In this document: positions 35,051-48,304 of the stretch, piece after piece | How positions within the stretch are numbered: position 1 is the first letter of the stretch | Layout: each line of letters begins with the position of its first letter | From: Ministeria vibrans ATCC 50519 | Taxonomy: Eukaryota; Protista; Filasterea | Length of the DNA stretch: 64,000 nucleotides | Reading direction: 5' to 3' | Assembly: GCA_943704425.1 (NCBI GenBank) | Contig: CALSCP010001735.1 | Span: 62,199 to 126,198, forward strand | Notes under the pieces: generated by a model | Databases searched by the model: none | The model's input: the letters and a program-made list of their open reading frames with translations, nothing else | Told to the model about the DNA's origin: nothing | Made by a program: the position numbers and the translations under genes

Positions 35051-38000
35051 GTCAAAACACTTCAAATTCTCATGTCCATGTTGACCGTCTCGAAAGACCT
35101 TCTCGTCGACACTCAACTTGCCAGTGCCTTTGTTCTCTCGTTTCACCTCTATTTCAGCAAAGACTCACTCGTGCAAAACACCGCCGCCGCCACCATTCGT
35201 CAGATGGTCAGCGAAGTTTTTGAGCGTGTTGTCGACGAGGATACCTTCACCAACGGCAGCAGCTCAAGCACCGCCACGCAACTTAGTCGACAAAACAGTA
35301 CTACCGCCAATGACGAAGATGCGACCGACGCTGCGTTCACTCCGCGCCTGCGTCATCGCAAGGCACCCTCGTCACTGCTCCCTTCCGCCAGCAACGCCTA
35401 CCTCCTCTTTCAGGACCTTTGTCATCTTACCAACGCGGATCCTCCCTCATACTTGGTCGGCCTCAACGAAATGTCGCGTCTTTTTGGCCTCGAGCTCATC
35501 GAGTCGGTTCTCTCCGAGTTTCCCAACATGTTTTTGCAGCACCCCGAGTTTTCATTTCTTCTCAAGGAGCGCGTGTGTCCCCTCGTCATCCGTCTCTTTT
35601 CGCCCGGCACTCACGGCCCAACTACCTCATCCGCTACTTCAGCTGGCGCCGCTTCTTCTTCGACCGCTGGCGGTTCAGGTGCCGCAGGGACTACCTCGTC
35701 AGTGGCAACACCGGCATCGGCAATGGCAGGAGGTGGAGTTTTGGGCATCGTGTCTGCTTCCTCCTCCTCCTCCTTCTCCTCAACCTCGCGCAACACCAGT
35801 GGTTTGGGGACTGGCGAGTCGGGTGGCGCGTTGACCGGCAGTTCGTCGGCGTTGAATGCCGCCGAAGAGCGCTCGGCCTTTGGTGTTGCCGTGCGTCTTC
35901 TTCGCATTGTGTCCATTCTCGTGCAACGTTTCTACTCGCTGCTCGTGACCGAGTCTGAGATTTTTCTCTCGATGCTTGTGCGATTCCTCGAGGGCGATCG
36001 TGTCATGTGGCGTCGCACACTTGCTGCCGAAGTCATCCAGCGTCTCTTTGCCCAACCCGAGCTACTGCGGTCCGTCTGCATGTACTACGACATGCGCGAG
36101 CACTCGGCGAAGATCTTCCAAGGCATGGTTAACGCCCTCAGCGACTTTATGCAGTCTCTCCAGCGACGCGCCGCTACCGCTTCGACTTCGTCTGGCTCCG
36201 CAAGTGGCGGTGGCAGCGCTGGTACCGGTATCAACAACAACAACAGTGGTGGTGGTGGTGGTGGTGGTAGTAGTAGTGGCGGCGGCGGCAATGGTGGTAG
36301 TGGTAGTGGCATTGGCATTGGCAATAGTGGTCCTAGTGGGACAGGTGTTGGCGGGTCAAATCTAACTGGCGGCTCGTCGTCGGGTGGTGCCGCTTTGGGT
36401 GCTTCATCGTCGCTTGTGGGCAGCGGAGGCAACCTGGGCGGTATGCTTCCGGGACCCCTTATTGTCAACAACAAACGACACATGCTCATTGAGATGCTCG
36501 ACAAGCACGACTCGCCCTTTATCAGCGATCACTATGGCTTTTCCGTGGCCTTTGCTTGTCTTCTTGAGCTGGTCAACACCGTCTCGTCACTTGTTATGTA
36601 CCGCCCGAGCGACCCGTCTTCAGTACCCGGCACGCCTGCTTCTGGTTCGACCGCCGCCCTGCCCTCGACCCAGTCTACTGCTTCTCCTTCTGCTTCTACT
36701 ACAACGGTTGCCTTCTCCTTGTCGTCGTCCACATTGCTGCCCATGCATCCAGTTGTGCGTGACGTGAAGCGACACACCGATGAAATTGCCGAAAACGAGG
36801 ACTTGAGTATCTGGCGCGAAATGGTTGCTTCTCTGTGGCATGGAGTGCTTGCCGCCTTTGCACCGCTGCTTGACAGTGGCAAACTTGATGAAAGTGGTCT
36901 CCAGGCGGTCCTCAAATCCTTTCAGACTCTTACCAACTTGTGTGGTGTACTCAATTTGGGTACGCAACGCGATGCGTTTGTGACGGTGCTCTGCCAACGC
37001 TCGCTCCCCCCTCGCTACGACCCCAGTGCCCGCATGACCACGGCCAATGTTCAGTGTGTGCGTGCGCTGCTCAACGTGGCACACTGCCTTGGAGCGGTGC
37101 TCGGACCGAGCGCCTGGTATTTGGTGCTGGAGACCCTGATGGAGGTCGATGCCGTGTTGGGTCTGAACACGGCTGGGGCTAGTGCAGCCATGTCTCTTAG
37201 CATGGGCGCAAGTATCAGTTCGTCGGGAGTCACGCAGGTTGCGGCGGCACCGGTTGTTTCTGCATCGGTCAAGAGCAGTCTGCCGCAGCACGAGTTGTCG
37301 CTGTTGTCGTCGACTTTGGCGCGTCTGTTCGAGTCGAGCGAGTACCTTTCCGACGCGGCCCTCAACCACATGCTCAATGCACTGTGTCGTCTGAGCCAAC
37401 CGTCGTCTTCGACGTCAGGTGCGGCGGACAAGAAGAAACTTTCCAGCGGTGAGATGGTCTTTGCGCTGACTCGCATTGCTGAGATTGGTGTTGTGAACGC
37501 TACGCGTGTTGGGTGCTTCTGGACGCCGGTGCGCGATCACCTTTTGTCAATATGCAGTGACACTGCGGCCATGCCGGTGGTACGAGAGTGTGCCGTGGAT
37601 GCACTTGCGGCCATTGGCCAGGCGGCACTGACTGCTTCTGTGTCGCTCGCGACCAATTCGTCGTTGCAATTGATGTGTCTAGAGCCGCTTCAGGCGCTGT
37701 GCACTGCGTCGCAGCAGGTAGACGTGCGTGCACGTCAAATGGAGGCGTTGGTGGCGATTCTACGGACGCACGGGGACGCAGTGCACGCACACGCGTGGCC
37801 CATTCTCTGCGAGATTGCGTCTAGTGCGGTGCAAACGGAGCGAGAGGCGGGCAACAGCGACAACGACGACACCACCATTAGCATGGTGAGCACCACATGG
37901 GGTGCGCGTGTGGTGCGACCGGCGTTTGTTGCGTGCGAGCTTGTCGTCAAGGACTACTTGCAGGTAGTGCCGTTGGTGCAGGTTCAGTCTGTCGTGGCAC

Positions 38001-38346
38001 TGTGCGGACGCTTCTTGCGACAGCGCTACGACATGAACATTTCACTGACGGCCAGTGAATTGCTGTGGAATGTGAGTGACTATGTGGCGACGCGCAAGGA
38101 CGCGGCGCCCATGGCCGACATGTGGATGAGTCTATTCGAGGAGCTCAGTAATGGGTGTGTGCACGAGCGACCCGAGGTGCGCAAGAGCGCCAACCAGACG
38201 CTAATGGCGACTGTCACGTCACACGCCAGCGCCGTAAGACAGAGAAAGAGAGAGGATGGAGGGAGGAAGAACAAATAGAGAGAGGGAGAAAAAACAAATT
38301 GGGAGAGGAAGAAAGGTCAAAGTGATGGAGAGAAAAAAAGAACGAT

Positions 38347-38436
<90 letters not shown>

Positions 38437-40747
38437 GAGAGAGAGAGGTAGAGAGGGAGGGAGACAGTCCATTATTGTGTTTTTTCTTTTCTTTTGGTTG
38501 ATAATTGTGTGTGTGTGCGTGTGCGTACGTGTGTAGTTGACGGAGGAGACGCTGGACGAATGTGTGTGGCGCATCTTCTTTCCGCTGCTGGAACGTGTGC
38601 GACAGGCTTCGCTGGCAGCTGACAACACTGACGCGAAGGCATCCGGCAAGAGCCACAACGGTGAGAAAATAACACAATAATACGTCTTATGATTTTATTA
38701 ATTATAATTATTTTATTGTGGGTTTTTATTTCTTTACTCAGTGGGAAATCGAGCGAACATTATTGTACACCACACTCGTGACACCGAGAGCAAACAGTGG
38801 GATGAAATGAGGGTGCTTAGTCTGCAAGGGATTGCGCAGGTAGCTTCTTGTGCAAAATTCGGTGGAGTGATCTGAGTGACTCATACACGTTCTGCGTGAA
38901 ATAGATATTCTATGGGTTGCAGGGGCGCCTGTCCGCAAGCAAACGCTTTAACGAGGCGTGGCGAACTCTTCTCGATGTCATTCAGGTCAGAGAGGAATTG
39001 TATTTTAAGGGGGGCGAGTTTTTTTTTTTTTTTTACAAACTGCGAGTGTTTTTTTTTTGTCTTTCTTTTTTTAACAGAGCTTGGCATTAAGCGACAGCCA
39101 AGAAGTGGCCCTTGCGGCGGTGAACGTTTTGCGTGATCTGGTGCGCACCGAGCCGAACACTGCAGCAACAACTGGGTCGTCGTCCGTTGCTGCGACCAAA
39201 TGGCGTGATACGCTGCAGGCGTGGGCTGCTGTCAATGCGGCAGCCTCCATTTCACGCACGAGTCCACCATTTTTGCCGCAACCTTTTTTTCATGCGCTTG
39301 CCATGACCTTGATACCTGTGAAAAGGGCGCTGGGAGTCGAGTTTAGTGCGTCTGACGTGCACGCGTGCGCGTCGCTGCTCGTGCAGCTCATGGCGTATCC
39401 GTCGTCCGAGGCCTTTGTTGACCAGGACCATCCGTCCAAGCTGCAGCAGCTCATTCTCGATGCGCTTGTGGAGCTGCCGAGTGGCGTGGGCAAGGCAGAC
39501 GGTACACATGGCAAGGCGGTACATAGTGTGATCGTGGCGCTTTTGGAGTGCGCGGCTGTGTTGGAGCACAAACAAGTGGAACAGCAGTCGGAGCAGCACG
39601 CACGCTTTCCTCTGCGCTATGCACCCATGGCGAGTGAGGCGGTCGAGCGTGCAACGGAATTGTTGGTGACACTTGTCAAAGGAGGGGGCGATGCGGCAGT
39701 GCGGGAGTGTGTGCGACTGGGCACGGCGATGGTGGTGTTGCGTGCACTGTCGCGTGGGTTGCGCCAGGTGCGTGTGACTGTGCCTGCTAGCCATGCCGAA
39801 AAGTGTGGCTTGCTCATGATGGAGCGTCTCTTTGAGTCTGGGGTGATCTTGCAAGTGGTCAAGGCATCGGCGGCGCGCGTGGACGCATACGGCAAGGGCA
39901 ACAGTGACGGGGCGGAGAAGACGACGGCGAGGGTCGCCGAGGCGGATGAGGACGCGGGCGACGTGGCCACGGTGATGCGTCATGTGTTTTCGGCGGTCTA
40001 CGACGACATTGAAGAGTTTTTGTATGAGGTGTCGGCGACGCAGGATGCTGGGGAGGCGAAGAAGAAGAGGGGGGAAGATGAGGCAGTGGAAGGGGTGGTG
40101 CGTGCGCTTGAGATCCGTCTGGCCGACTGCATTGTGTCGGGCATTGTGCCAGCGGTGCAGGCAATTTGCGATGAAGATGCAGGCGAGACGGAGCGCATTG
40201 TGCAGCAGTTGATGTCGCTGCTTGACCGGGGTGCAGCGGCTATTAGTGCAGGAGAGCAAGCGGGAGTGATGGTGCGTCAGGACTTTGCCAAGGCGTGTTT
40301 TGAGGCCCTGCTTCGGTTCTCGGTGAGAGAGGAGGAGCGGCAGAGCGGCGGCGAAGGAGGAGCAAGAGGAGAAGGGAACAACGTGTCGTCGACGGATGCG
40401 TTGATGGAGCGGTGTCGGGTTGTGATTGGGGCGTTTCTTGCGGACGCGAGTGAGAGTGGAGCCGGTCCGACGACGCGCCCCACTGTGGAGGTGGTGCTTG
40501 TGCTCAAGGCTATGAGCGGTCTTGTAGGGTCTCTTGTACTTGCATCCAAAGGTAAGACTGCGAAAAGGTGTGAGTGAGAGTAAGATTTTAATTTTTGTTT
40601 GTTGTAGATTCGGATGCGGATCGCAAACGAAACCGACGGATTGTGCTGCAAATGTATCCTCAGCTGGTGGACTGCGTGACGTGCCGTGACGAGGGTGTGC
40701 GTGCGATGGTGCAGGCGATTCTTCGCGGTATCGGAGAGCTGTTGTAA
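35051..40747 (+). CDS. MON2: MON2 exon 3 to stop
   Basis: VKTLQILM..KDSLVQNTAAATIRQMVSEVFERV, LLFQDLC, FGLELIESVL, LLKERVCPLVIRLFSP, LVTESEIFLSML, DMNISLTASELLWNVSD, RPEVRKSANQTL, HHTRDTESKQWDE, MYPQLVDCVTC. Confidence 0.93.
38350..38432. repeat. (GA)n microsatellite in a MON2 intron
   Basis: Read directly from the sequence. Confidence 0.95.
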
Positions 40748-40996
40748 TATTTTTATCATTTTCCTTTGTGAAGAACGCTCAAGTCTTTCTTTTTACACGA
40801 ATATTACGATCGGCTCAATGATGATTGATGAATGATCAGAATCATCAGTATTGTTAATTTACTTTCGCTATAATAATTACGATTATTATTATTCTCATTC
40901 ACGAACTAATAATTGAATAAAATTATTTTTATGATTATTGATAACTATTTCCGATTTCAGATTAATTATTAATTTTATTTTCGCTGCTTTTTTGAT

Positions 40997-41557
40997 ATGC
41001 CTAAAGTTCGTGTTCCGAAAAAGGCAGCTGCAGTCAAGGCTATTATATCACCGACGGATCCACGGATCAAGGTGAAGGAGCAGCGCGCCAAGCAGAAGGC
41101 GGCTGCACGTGCCCCGACGGCAAAGAATCTGCCGGCTGTTTCGTCGTCGCTGTTCTTCACGTACAACGAAGCGCTTGGGCCGCCCTACCACGTGCTGGTG
41201 GACACCAACTTTATCAACTTTGCCATTCAGAACAAGCTGGACCTGCACAAGGTGAGAGGACGACGCGTCGAGAGAGAACTTGCGAAATCACATTCGGTGT
41301 GTTGTGTCGCGCAGGGTGCCATGGACTGCCTCGTGGCCAAGTGCTCGATCTACATCACAGACTGTGTCATGGGCGAGCTGGAAAAGGTGAGGAAGCGTGG
41401 GGTTGAGCCGTCAACGTGACGCACGCATTCCCTTGTGTAGCTGGGGCCCAAGTATCGCGTTGCGCTGCGTATGGCGAAGGATCCGCGGATTGTGCGCTTA
41501 AAGTGCACTCACAAGGGCACCTATGCCGACGACTGTCTGGTTGACCGAATTACGCAG
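40997..41557 (+). CDS. FCF1: rRNA-processing PIN-domain protein FCF1/UTP24, last exon(s) missing
   Basis: [44 protein letters not shown]|[31 protein letters not shown]; next intron runs into (GT)n and an N gap. Confidence 0.93.
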
Positions 41558-41644
41558 GTATCGCAGAGAGTTTGAGAGAGAGAGAGAGAGAGTTTGAGAG
41601 AGAGAAAGGAGGGAGGGAGAAAGAAACAAAGTGATAGAGAGTCT

Positions 41645-41747
<103 letters not shown>

Positions 41748-41825
41748 NNNNNNNNNNAAAAAAAAAAAAAAAAAAAAAAAAAAACGTATTAATATTCATC
41801 CGTTTGTCTCCCTCTGCACACATAC

Positions 41826-44800
41826 CGCAATTCCTTCAACACTCTGCACGTTGGCAGCACCAAACAGCTGTTGTACGAGGTCATCGGACGCTTGCAATCC
41901 CAGCTAAGCACACAATGCGTCATCAGTCACGACACAACAATACACACACACACTCTCTCTCTTCCTTCTCACGTACCCACACAAACATGTCAATTCCATT
42001 AAAGGCAAAGTAAACTCCATGGCGTGCAATGTTCTCCGAGCACAGGTGCAGACGAGGTGGCATAATCACTTCGCCCTTTTCGTCAAGATGCCCCGCCTGA
42101 AACAACAAACAACAACCAAAAAAAAAAAAAAGTTCAGTACACTACTTCTTCTTCTTCTCTTTTCCCCCCCGGTCCGTACCAACTGTTTCATGTCGTGGAC
42201 GCCGTAAAGCAGCGGGTAGATGCGCGCCATGAGCTGGTTGAGAGGAAGCGTGCGTACGGCGTTGATGGCAAAAGAGCGCGCGTCGAGGGACGTGTTGAGT
42301 CCGACACGGAAGGCAATATTCTTGAGCATAGCCGACGTGTAGAGCGGCAGACAGCGCAAAGAGAAAGGCGCCGGTAGCGTGCCCGGCTGATTCTTCGCAA
42401 AGTTCATGCGGTAGGCACTGAGCACGTCAACACAGAGGTTCTCCATGGCATCGCGCGCGTCGCCCAGCTTGGCCGTCAGCATGCGTTCGGCCGCCATCTT
42501 CGCCACAAGGCCACAGACGGCCTCACAGTCACTCAATGTGAACATATCGTGCAGATTGGTTGTGGTAGGTACGGCAAGGGTGTGCACACGAATGCGTCGT
42601 TCGCCGCTACTCGACGTAAACAGCAGAGCCGACTGGAAGCACACCATGGGAATCTTGTCAAGCGACTCTTCAATGTTGAGTTGCACCGCGTAGGCCAGGT
42701 CCGGCGAAATGACTGGCAGTGACAAGAGATCGGTGGAGCGCAGGAAAAAATGCCCGTGGTACTCGCTGATGCCGACACCCTTGGTGCAGCGGATGCGCAT
42801 GACTGCCTCGAAGCCGATGGGACGCGTGAGGTAACGTTGAAACTCGATGAGAAAGCGATCGGACATGGCCGGGAACTTGGACGCATTAAAGCCGACATAG
42901 CGGTTCACGTTGCCACCCGTGTACTTGGCAATGCCACCCAGGGTCGCCAGGTCAAGGTATTGGTCGCTGAAGACAAAAAGATCCACGGCAATTTGCACGC
43001 GCGAACACTCGGCGGCGAGTTGCTTGTAGAAATCGTTAGCTGGCTGCTGCGCCTTGATCTCCTTGTCGGTACCGCGCACGTCAGGATTCTCGCGCACATC
43101 CACGGCACCAGGACCAATGGTGGCGCGCGCCTGCTGCAACACCGTCACGCGACCACCCGTGCTTTTGAGCAGCTCAAAGGCCGCCTGAAGAGCGGGACCC
43201 AGACACGAACCAGGACGCACCGTGTCGCTGAACATGGCGGGGAGTCGCTGGAGCAGCGACTCAATCATCTCACGGCCCTCGTCCAAGTTCACAAGAAGAT
43301 CGTCGGGCGACGGCAAGAAGATGTCTTCGATGTCGGAGACGACGAGCATTTGCGGTTGCGACTGATGCGACTTGAGTTGGTAAAAGTGCAACACATCGTC
43401 GAAGGTGATAAAGCCGATTTTGGTACGTGAGTCGCCGGATAGGTTGGACAGGTTGTCGAGCAGCGAGCGACACGTAACTTCGAGGATGCCCGAGGCAACG
43501 GCCGTCTGACTGACGTCGACCAGAAAGAGGTAGATGGCGGGCTGCGGGGCACGCACCATGTACTCTGAGGGCGCCACATACTCAACGGTGCCGCGAGCGA
43601 GCTCGGGACGTGTCTCGCGGTCAATGACCTGGCGCGTCTCCATGTTGGTGTCGTAGTCGGCGGGCAGGTCATTGGTCATGAAGCATAGATTGCACAGCCA
43701 ACGACGACCCTGGTCGAGAAAAGTCACAAAAGGATTGATGTAGCAGCGACAGGCACGACAGCGAGTGATGTGGGTGGCGGACACGAGGGGCAGTTCGTCG
43801 GGACTCATCTCGGCAAAGGGGTGGAGATGCAGGCCAAGGGGAAGTTTGCTCTTGCCCAACAGATGATGCGACTTTGGAATGCAATTCATCGTCATTCGCA
43901 GGTACTTGGGCGAGCAATTCTTCGCGGCAAGGTGCGCCGGCAAGGGAGGGCCGCACACGGGCTCGTCAATAGGCGCGAGAACATTGCGTACGGCCATAAG
44001 GTTGAGCTGCTGCTGTTGCCTCTGGTAAAAGGGCGACGAAGTCAGTGCGTTGCCGGGCGGACCCGTGGCGGAGGGGGCGCCAAACGTGGCGGATGGCTGT
44101 GGCGAAGACGCAGTCGGCGCCTGTGAGTGCTGCTGTAATTGTTGTGATGGTTGTAACTGTTGAGGGTGGGGATGGTGAGAGGAAGGCGGGGGATGTTGAG
44201 TCTGGCCCATTTGCGGTGGGCACGGTTGCGAAGGAGCGCCGCGTGGTTGAGGCGGCGTACTGCCTGGTAGGGCGGCGACGGCGTTGCGGTCGCCAGGCAC
44301 AAAAAACTGTGGTTGGTGAGAAGCGGCAGCGACGGGCGCGGCAGAAGAGGCTGCGCCGGACGAAGCAGGCGCAGCAATGGGCGGGGTGGTCGAGGAATAC
44401 TGAGGAGTGGGGTACATGCGACGGTTGCTATTCCGTCGACCTTCGGCACCGGGAGGAAGGGCATGGAAAGAGGCGGAGGGGGCGGGTGGAGGACCATTGC
44501 CAACGGGTGTGTGTTGGCCCGACGACGGGTTGGATGGGAGCGCCGAACCGGGCTGCGTCGATGGATTCGTATTGAGACCACTCTGCCACGACGACGTCGT
44601 CGAATGTGGGTTCGTCGGGATGCCAGGGTTCGACTGGCTGCGTACCATTGAAGGTGGTGCACCACCTGCCATATGCGGCTGTGGTGCATGAAGGGTCGGC
44701 GGGTTGCCTGCTGCCATGGACGGTGAAGAGGCATTGCGTGGTGAAATGGGTTGGGATGAGTGAACCTGCGGGGCAGGTCGCATCTCGCTCGACAGCGAGT

Positions 44801-45677
44801 GTTGCATGCCGCCGGGCGGGGGTGGGCCAGCCGAAGCAGCGGCAGCAGCAGGAGGAGGAGTGTACGTTTGCACGGGTGGGCGAAACTGCTGCGAAGGCTG
44901 CGACAGCGGTGGTGGCGCTCCTCGACTGGCGGAGGAGAAGGCGTTGGGAGGAGCACTCTGAGGCGCAAAGTTACCGCCACCGGAGGAAGGGGCGGCAGTT
45001 CCCCACGACGGTGGCGCGCCACCAGTGCTGACAGATAGCGGCGGTCTTGCGGGGTGCCCTTGGGGCGCTGGAGGTCCTGGAAGAGTGCGTTGTGTGTCAA
45101 AGAATGATCTTTTTTTTTTTTTTNNNNNNNNNNNNNNNNNNNNNNNNNNNNNNNNNNNNNNNNNNNNNNNNNNNNNNNNNNNNNNNNNNNNNNNNNNNNN
45201 NNNNNNNNNNNNNNNNNNNNNNNNNNNNNNNNNNNNNNNNNNNNNNNNNNNGGAAAAAAAAAAAAAAAAAAGCTCTTTCGTGAGCATCAGAGACGATAGA
45301 TAACGCCATGCGCGTGCACAAACCCATTGATTGAAACAGGGCAAGGCGTAGATGGGGCGCTGGGAGGGTAGCGCGTCCCGAGAGAGCGACGACAAGGATG
45401 AGAGAGAATAGCACATTTTTCAACGTTTTGGGGTTTGGACAAATGCCAAATACAAATAGAGCGCAACCCGGTGTCAAGAGGAGACGCACACTCAGTATGG
45501 GCGATGGGCGGGGGCGTTGAAGCGGGCAGAGAGGGCAAAGAGAGCGATGGACCGATCCAAAACAAAAAATTGCACTCGGCGGAAGCTGAGCGACGACTTA
45601 CTCGTTGACGGTGGCCCCGGCGGCCCTTGGGGGCCGGGAGGATACTGCGAGCCGGGACCCCTCGGTGGCAAAGACAT
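41826..45677 (-). CDS. SEC24: COPII coat SEC24 (A/B type), 5' and main exons
   Basis: P/Q-rich N-terminus; zinc finger RCRACRCYINPF..WLCNLC; RPEL..GTVEYVAPSEYM; vWA domain YLFLVDVS; GFEAVMRIRC; GERRIRVHT. Main exon 45076-42180. Confidence 0.95.
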
Positions 45678-45874
45678 GAATAATTTGATATTAATATTGA
45701 TCAGACTTGATCTTTTGTTTAATGTGTATTGGGTTACTTGACCGTAGTCGCCAAATGACATTTTATTATTATCAATCGGTATGTTTTGTGTCCATGCCCC
45801 CTTGATTCTCGCTCATCTTAGACTGCTGTGTAGACCGCTACGCCTTGCAGTTGACAAAGAAAGAATACACGCTT

Positions 45875-46681
45875 ATGCCTCATTTGAATGGCTCCGGTCG
45901 AGCAGCTGCGGCGCTTTCCCGCGCCGTAGGACGCATTGCGGGTGTCGGGGGAGTTGTACAATTGGTCCATCTGACGCAAAGTGTCCCCGAGCAGCTTGCT
46001 TCCTCCGATGTGCTTGTGCGGTATTTCAAACGGGCCGTCGCTTGATTTGAACCGTACCACTCCTTAGGCGGCTGTGCTGCACGAGCTGCAGTCTCTCGCT
46101 CGTGACAAGTCTGTGCAGGCGCTCTCAGCATACACCATGCCCTCGATGGGCACCTTCCTCTGCCTGCTCAACGTCCACAGCACCAATGTGCGCGTCGCCC
46201 GTCCGCTCGTTGCCATCCTCAACCAAACCATTGACACATCAAATGGTACCATTGAATTTGCACACAAAAAGTCATGGACCCGTAGACGCCCCTGAAGTAT
46301 AACACTTTGTTATCATCCTCTGAGTCTGAGCGGCCGAACTGTGTTTAATGACTTTCCCTTATGTCACCATCTCACATTCGTTTTGTTGTAGCTCCATACA
46401 TTGCGGAAGTTGGCCCACAGCTGCTTCCCACCCTCTTGACCATCCTCAACTTCTACCATCCCAACCTCAATGGCCGCGTGATTGTCGTCATGACAACGAC
46501 CATTTTGCAGCTCATCCTCAAACTTGTGAGCCATCGCGAAAACATTGCCCTCTTTGTGCGTCTCAATGGCCAGCATGTCATGTACAAACTTCTTGCAAAG
46601 TGTCGCGACTTGTATGCCCTCCTGCGCTCCCTCATTGAACGTGTGCTCACGTCCACTACTCGCTTTGCATCGCACTTGTAA
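45875..46681 (+). CDS. Hypothetical helical (ARM/HEAT-like) protein, about 3 exons
   Basis: Three splice-compatible exons with Leu-rich amphipathic helices (ENIALFVRLNGQHVMYKLL). Start uncertain. Confidence 0.45.
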
Positions 46682-46984
46682 ATATAAGGAGTAGTTGTGT
46701 AACAAACTTGTAATGTAATCAATATTATCCAGCGCGCGATCGCAACGAAAAAATCATCTATCGCCAGGAGCCGGGGCCGTCCTGGGATGGCTTTGGCAAA
46801 TTTGTTGAGCGCGAAATTATTGAAATAATCGTATTTTTTTCTTTTTTTTTTACTGTCGAACTGCTCCCTCTAACGTTTCGACTATACACACCACAATAAA
46901 ATTGTCGCTTTTGTATTGAGTTGAGGGAAATAAAAACAGGGGGTAGGGAGGGAGGGAGGGAGGGGTTGAGCAGCAGCAAGAGAC

Positions 46985-47058
46985 AAGTCCATTCATCCGC
47001 CGTCGCACAGTCACTCGCGTGTGACTTTCGCGCAACAGTTTCATCCGCAGAAGATTAT
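46985..47058 (-). promoter_or_regulatory. SECIS element (type II) in the SELENOK 3' UTR
   Basis: Minus strand AUGAA-A-CUGUUGCGC-GAAA-GUCAC-ACGCGA-GUGAC-U-GUGCGACGG-C-GGAU: UGA/GA quartet, 9-bp helix II, unpaired AA and an apical mini-stem. Confidence 0.88.
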
Positions 47059-47192
47059 ACATCGCAATGCACATCTCCGTCTTCAAAACTTGCTCACTGA
47101 CAAACTCGGGTCGGAACGTCACTCGAGCGCGCACACGCACAACACACATTCACATTCAGCGTGTGCGCGCTCGTTCATTGAGTGCGTTCCGT

Positions 47193-47644
47193 TTAGCCTC
47201 CTACCAGCGGAAAAAGAAGAAAAAAAATCATACAAATTTTAATACGACTGGCAGGCAAAAGATATGGGTGATTGATATATGTACCTCATCCACCCGACGG
47301 CGGCGGTGCTTTTACTCCGCCAATCGCTTGCAGGAGAAAAGATAAAATTGCAATAAGAAATATATAAGAAGAAGAGAGTCTCCTGTTACTTACTGTTGAT
47401 TCGGCCAATCCGTCTGCTCCCACCGCCACCACTACCGCCGCTACCGCCACCGCCACCACCGCCCCCTGGACCACCGCCACGGCGAGTCTCGTTGGGACCA
47501 GTCGGAGCATTTGATGCGAGATCGTCAGGCTGGAACACACAACAAACAACAAGTCAGTCAAGTCAAGTCAAAATCAATTCAAGTCAGTGGCACACTCACA
47601 GCTACGGCGACGACGCGTGCGCTCTCACCACCGCAACTAGCCAC

Positions 47645-47734
<90 letters not shown>

Positions 47735-48170
47735 TCAGAAGGAAAACATGATAATCGTTCGTGAACAATGTGAAGAACAAAAAGTTCAGTGACGAAAAAC
47801 ACATTTCACAGACACACGCAATTAGCACGACCTCCCCAATACACCAGGCCCGGCAAGAAGGCGTCCAACCACAGGCGTCCGCAGACGCCACTGGGCAATA
47901 CAAACGCCAAATGCGACGCATTAGAAGGAAAAAGAAAAAAAAAAAAGACAAGTTCCACATCAACCAGTCGATTGGACGCACCCACGCATGCCACACGCGG
48001 CATACCCCACCTCCCTAGTCCAGCCGTCGATCCCCCAGACTCCTCACCTGAAACATCGACTTAAGAAAGAGCGCAACGAAATCGAAAATGCCCCAAAAGA
48101 TATCGGCGGGAAGCGACCAGCGCAGGAGCGGGCGCGAGCGACGCACTTCGCCTCCGCTGATGTACACCAT
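47193..48170 (-). CDS. SELENOK: Selenoprotein K (UGA = Sec), 4 exons
   Basis: Exons 48170-48048, 47529-47394, 47326-47285 and 47200-47193 give MVYISGGEVRRSRPLLRWSLPADIFWGIFDFVALFLKSMFQ..G-rich..RRIGRINTIGGVKAPPPSGG-U-GG*; SECIS downstream. Confidence 0.92.
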
Positions 48171-48304
48171 GGAGGGTTGCACGCGCGAAAAGACTCAAGC
48201 GCGTATTTTTAAAAAAAGAAATGTCATAACTCATAACTGAAATATGAGTCAATCGCATTTTTGCACCCAATCGATCGATCAACCAAATATCACAAAATTG
48301 TACA

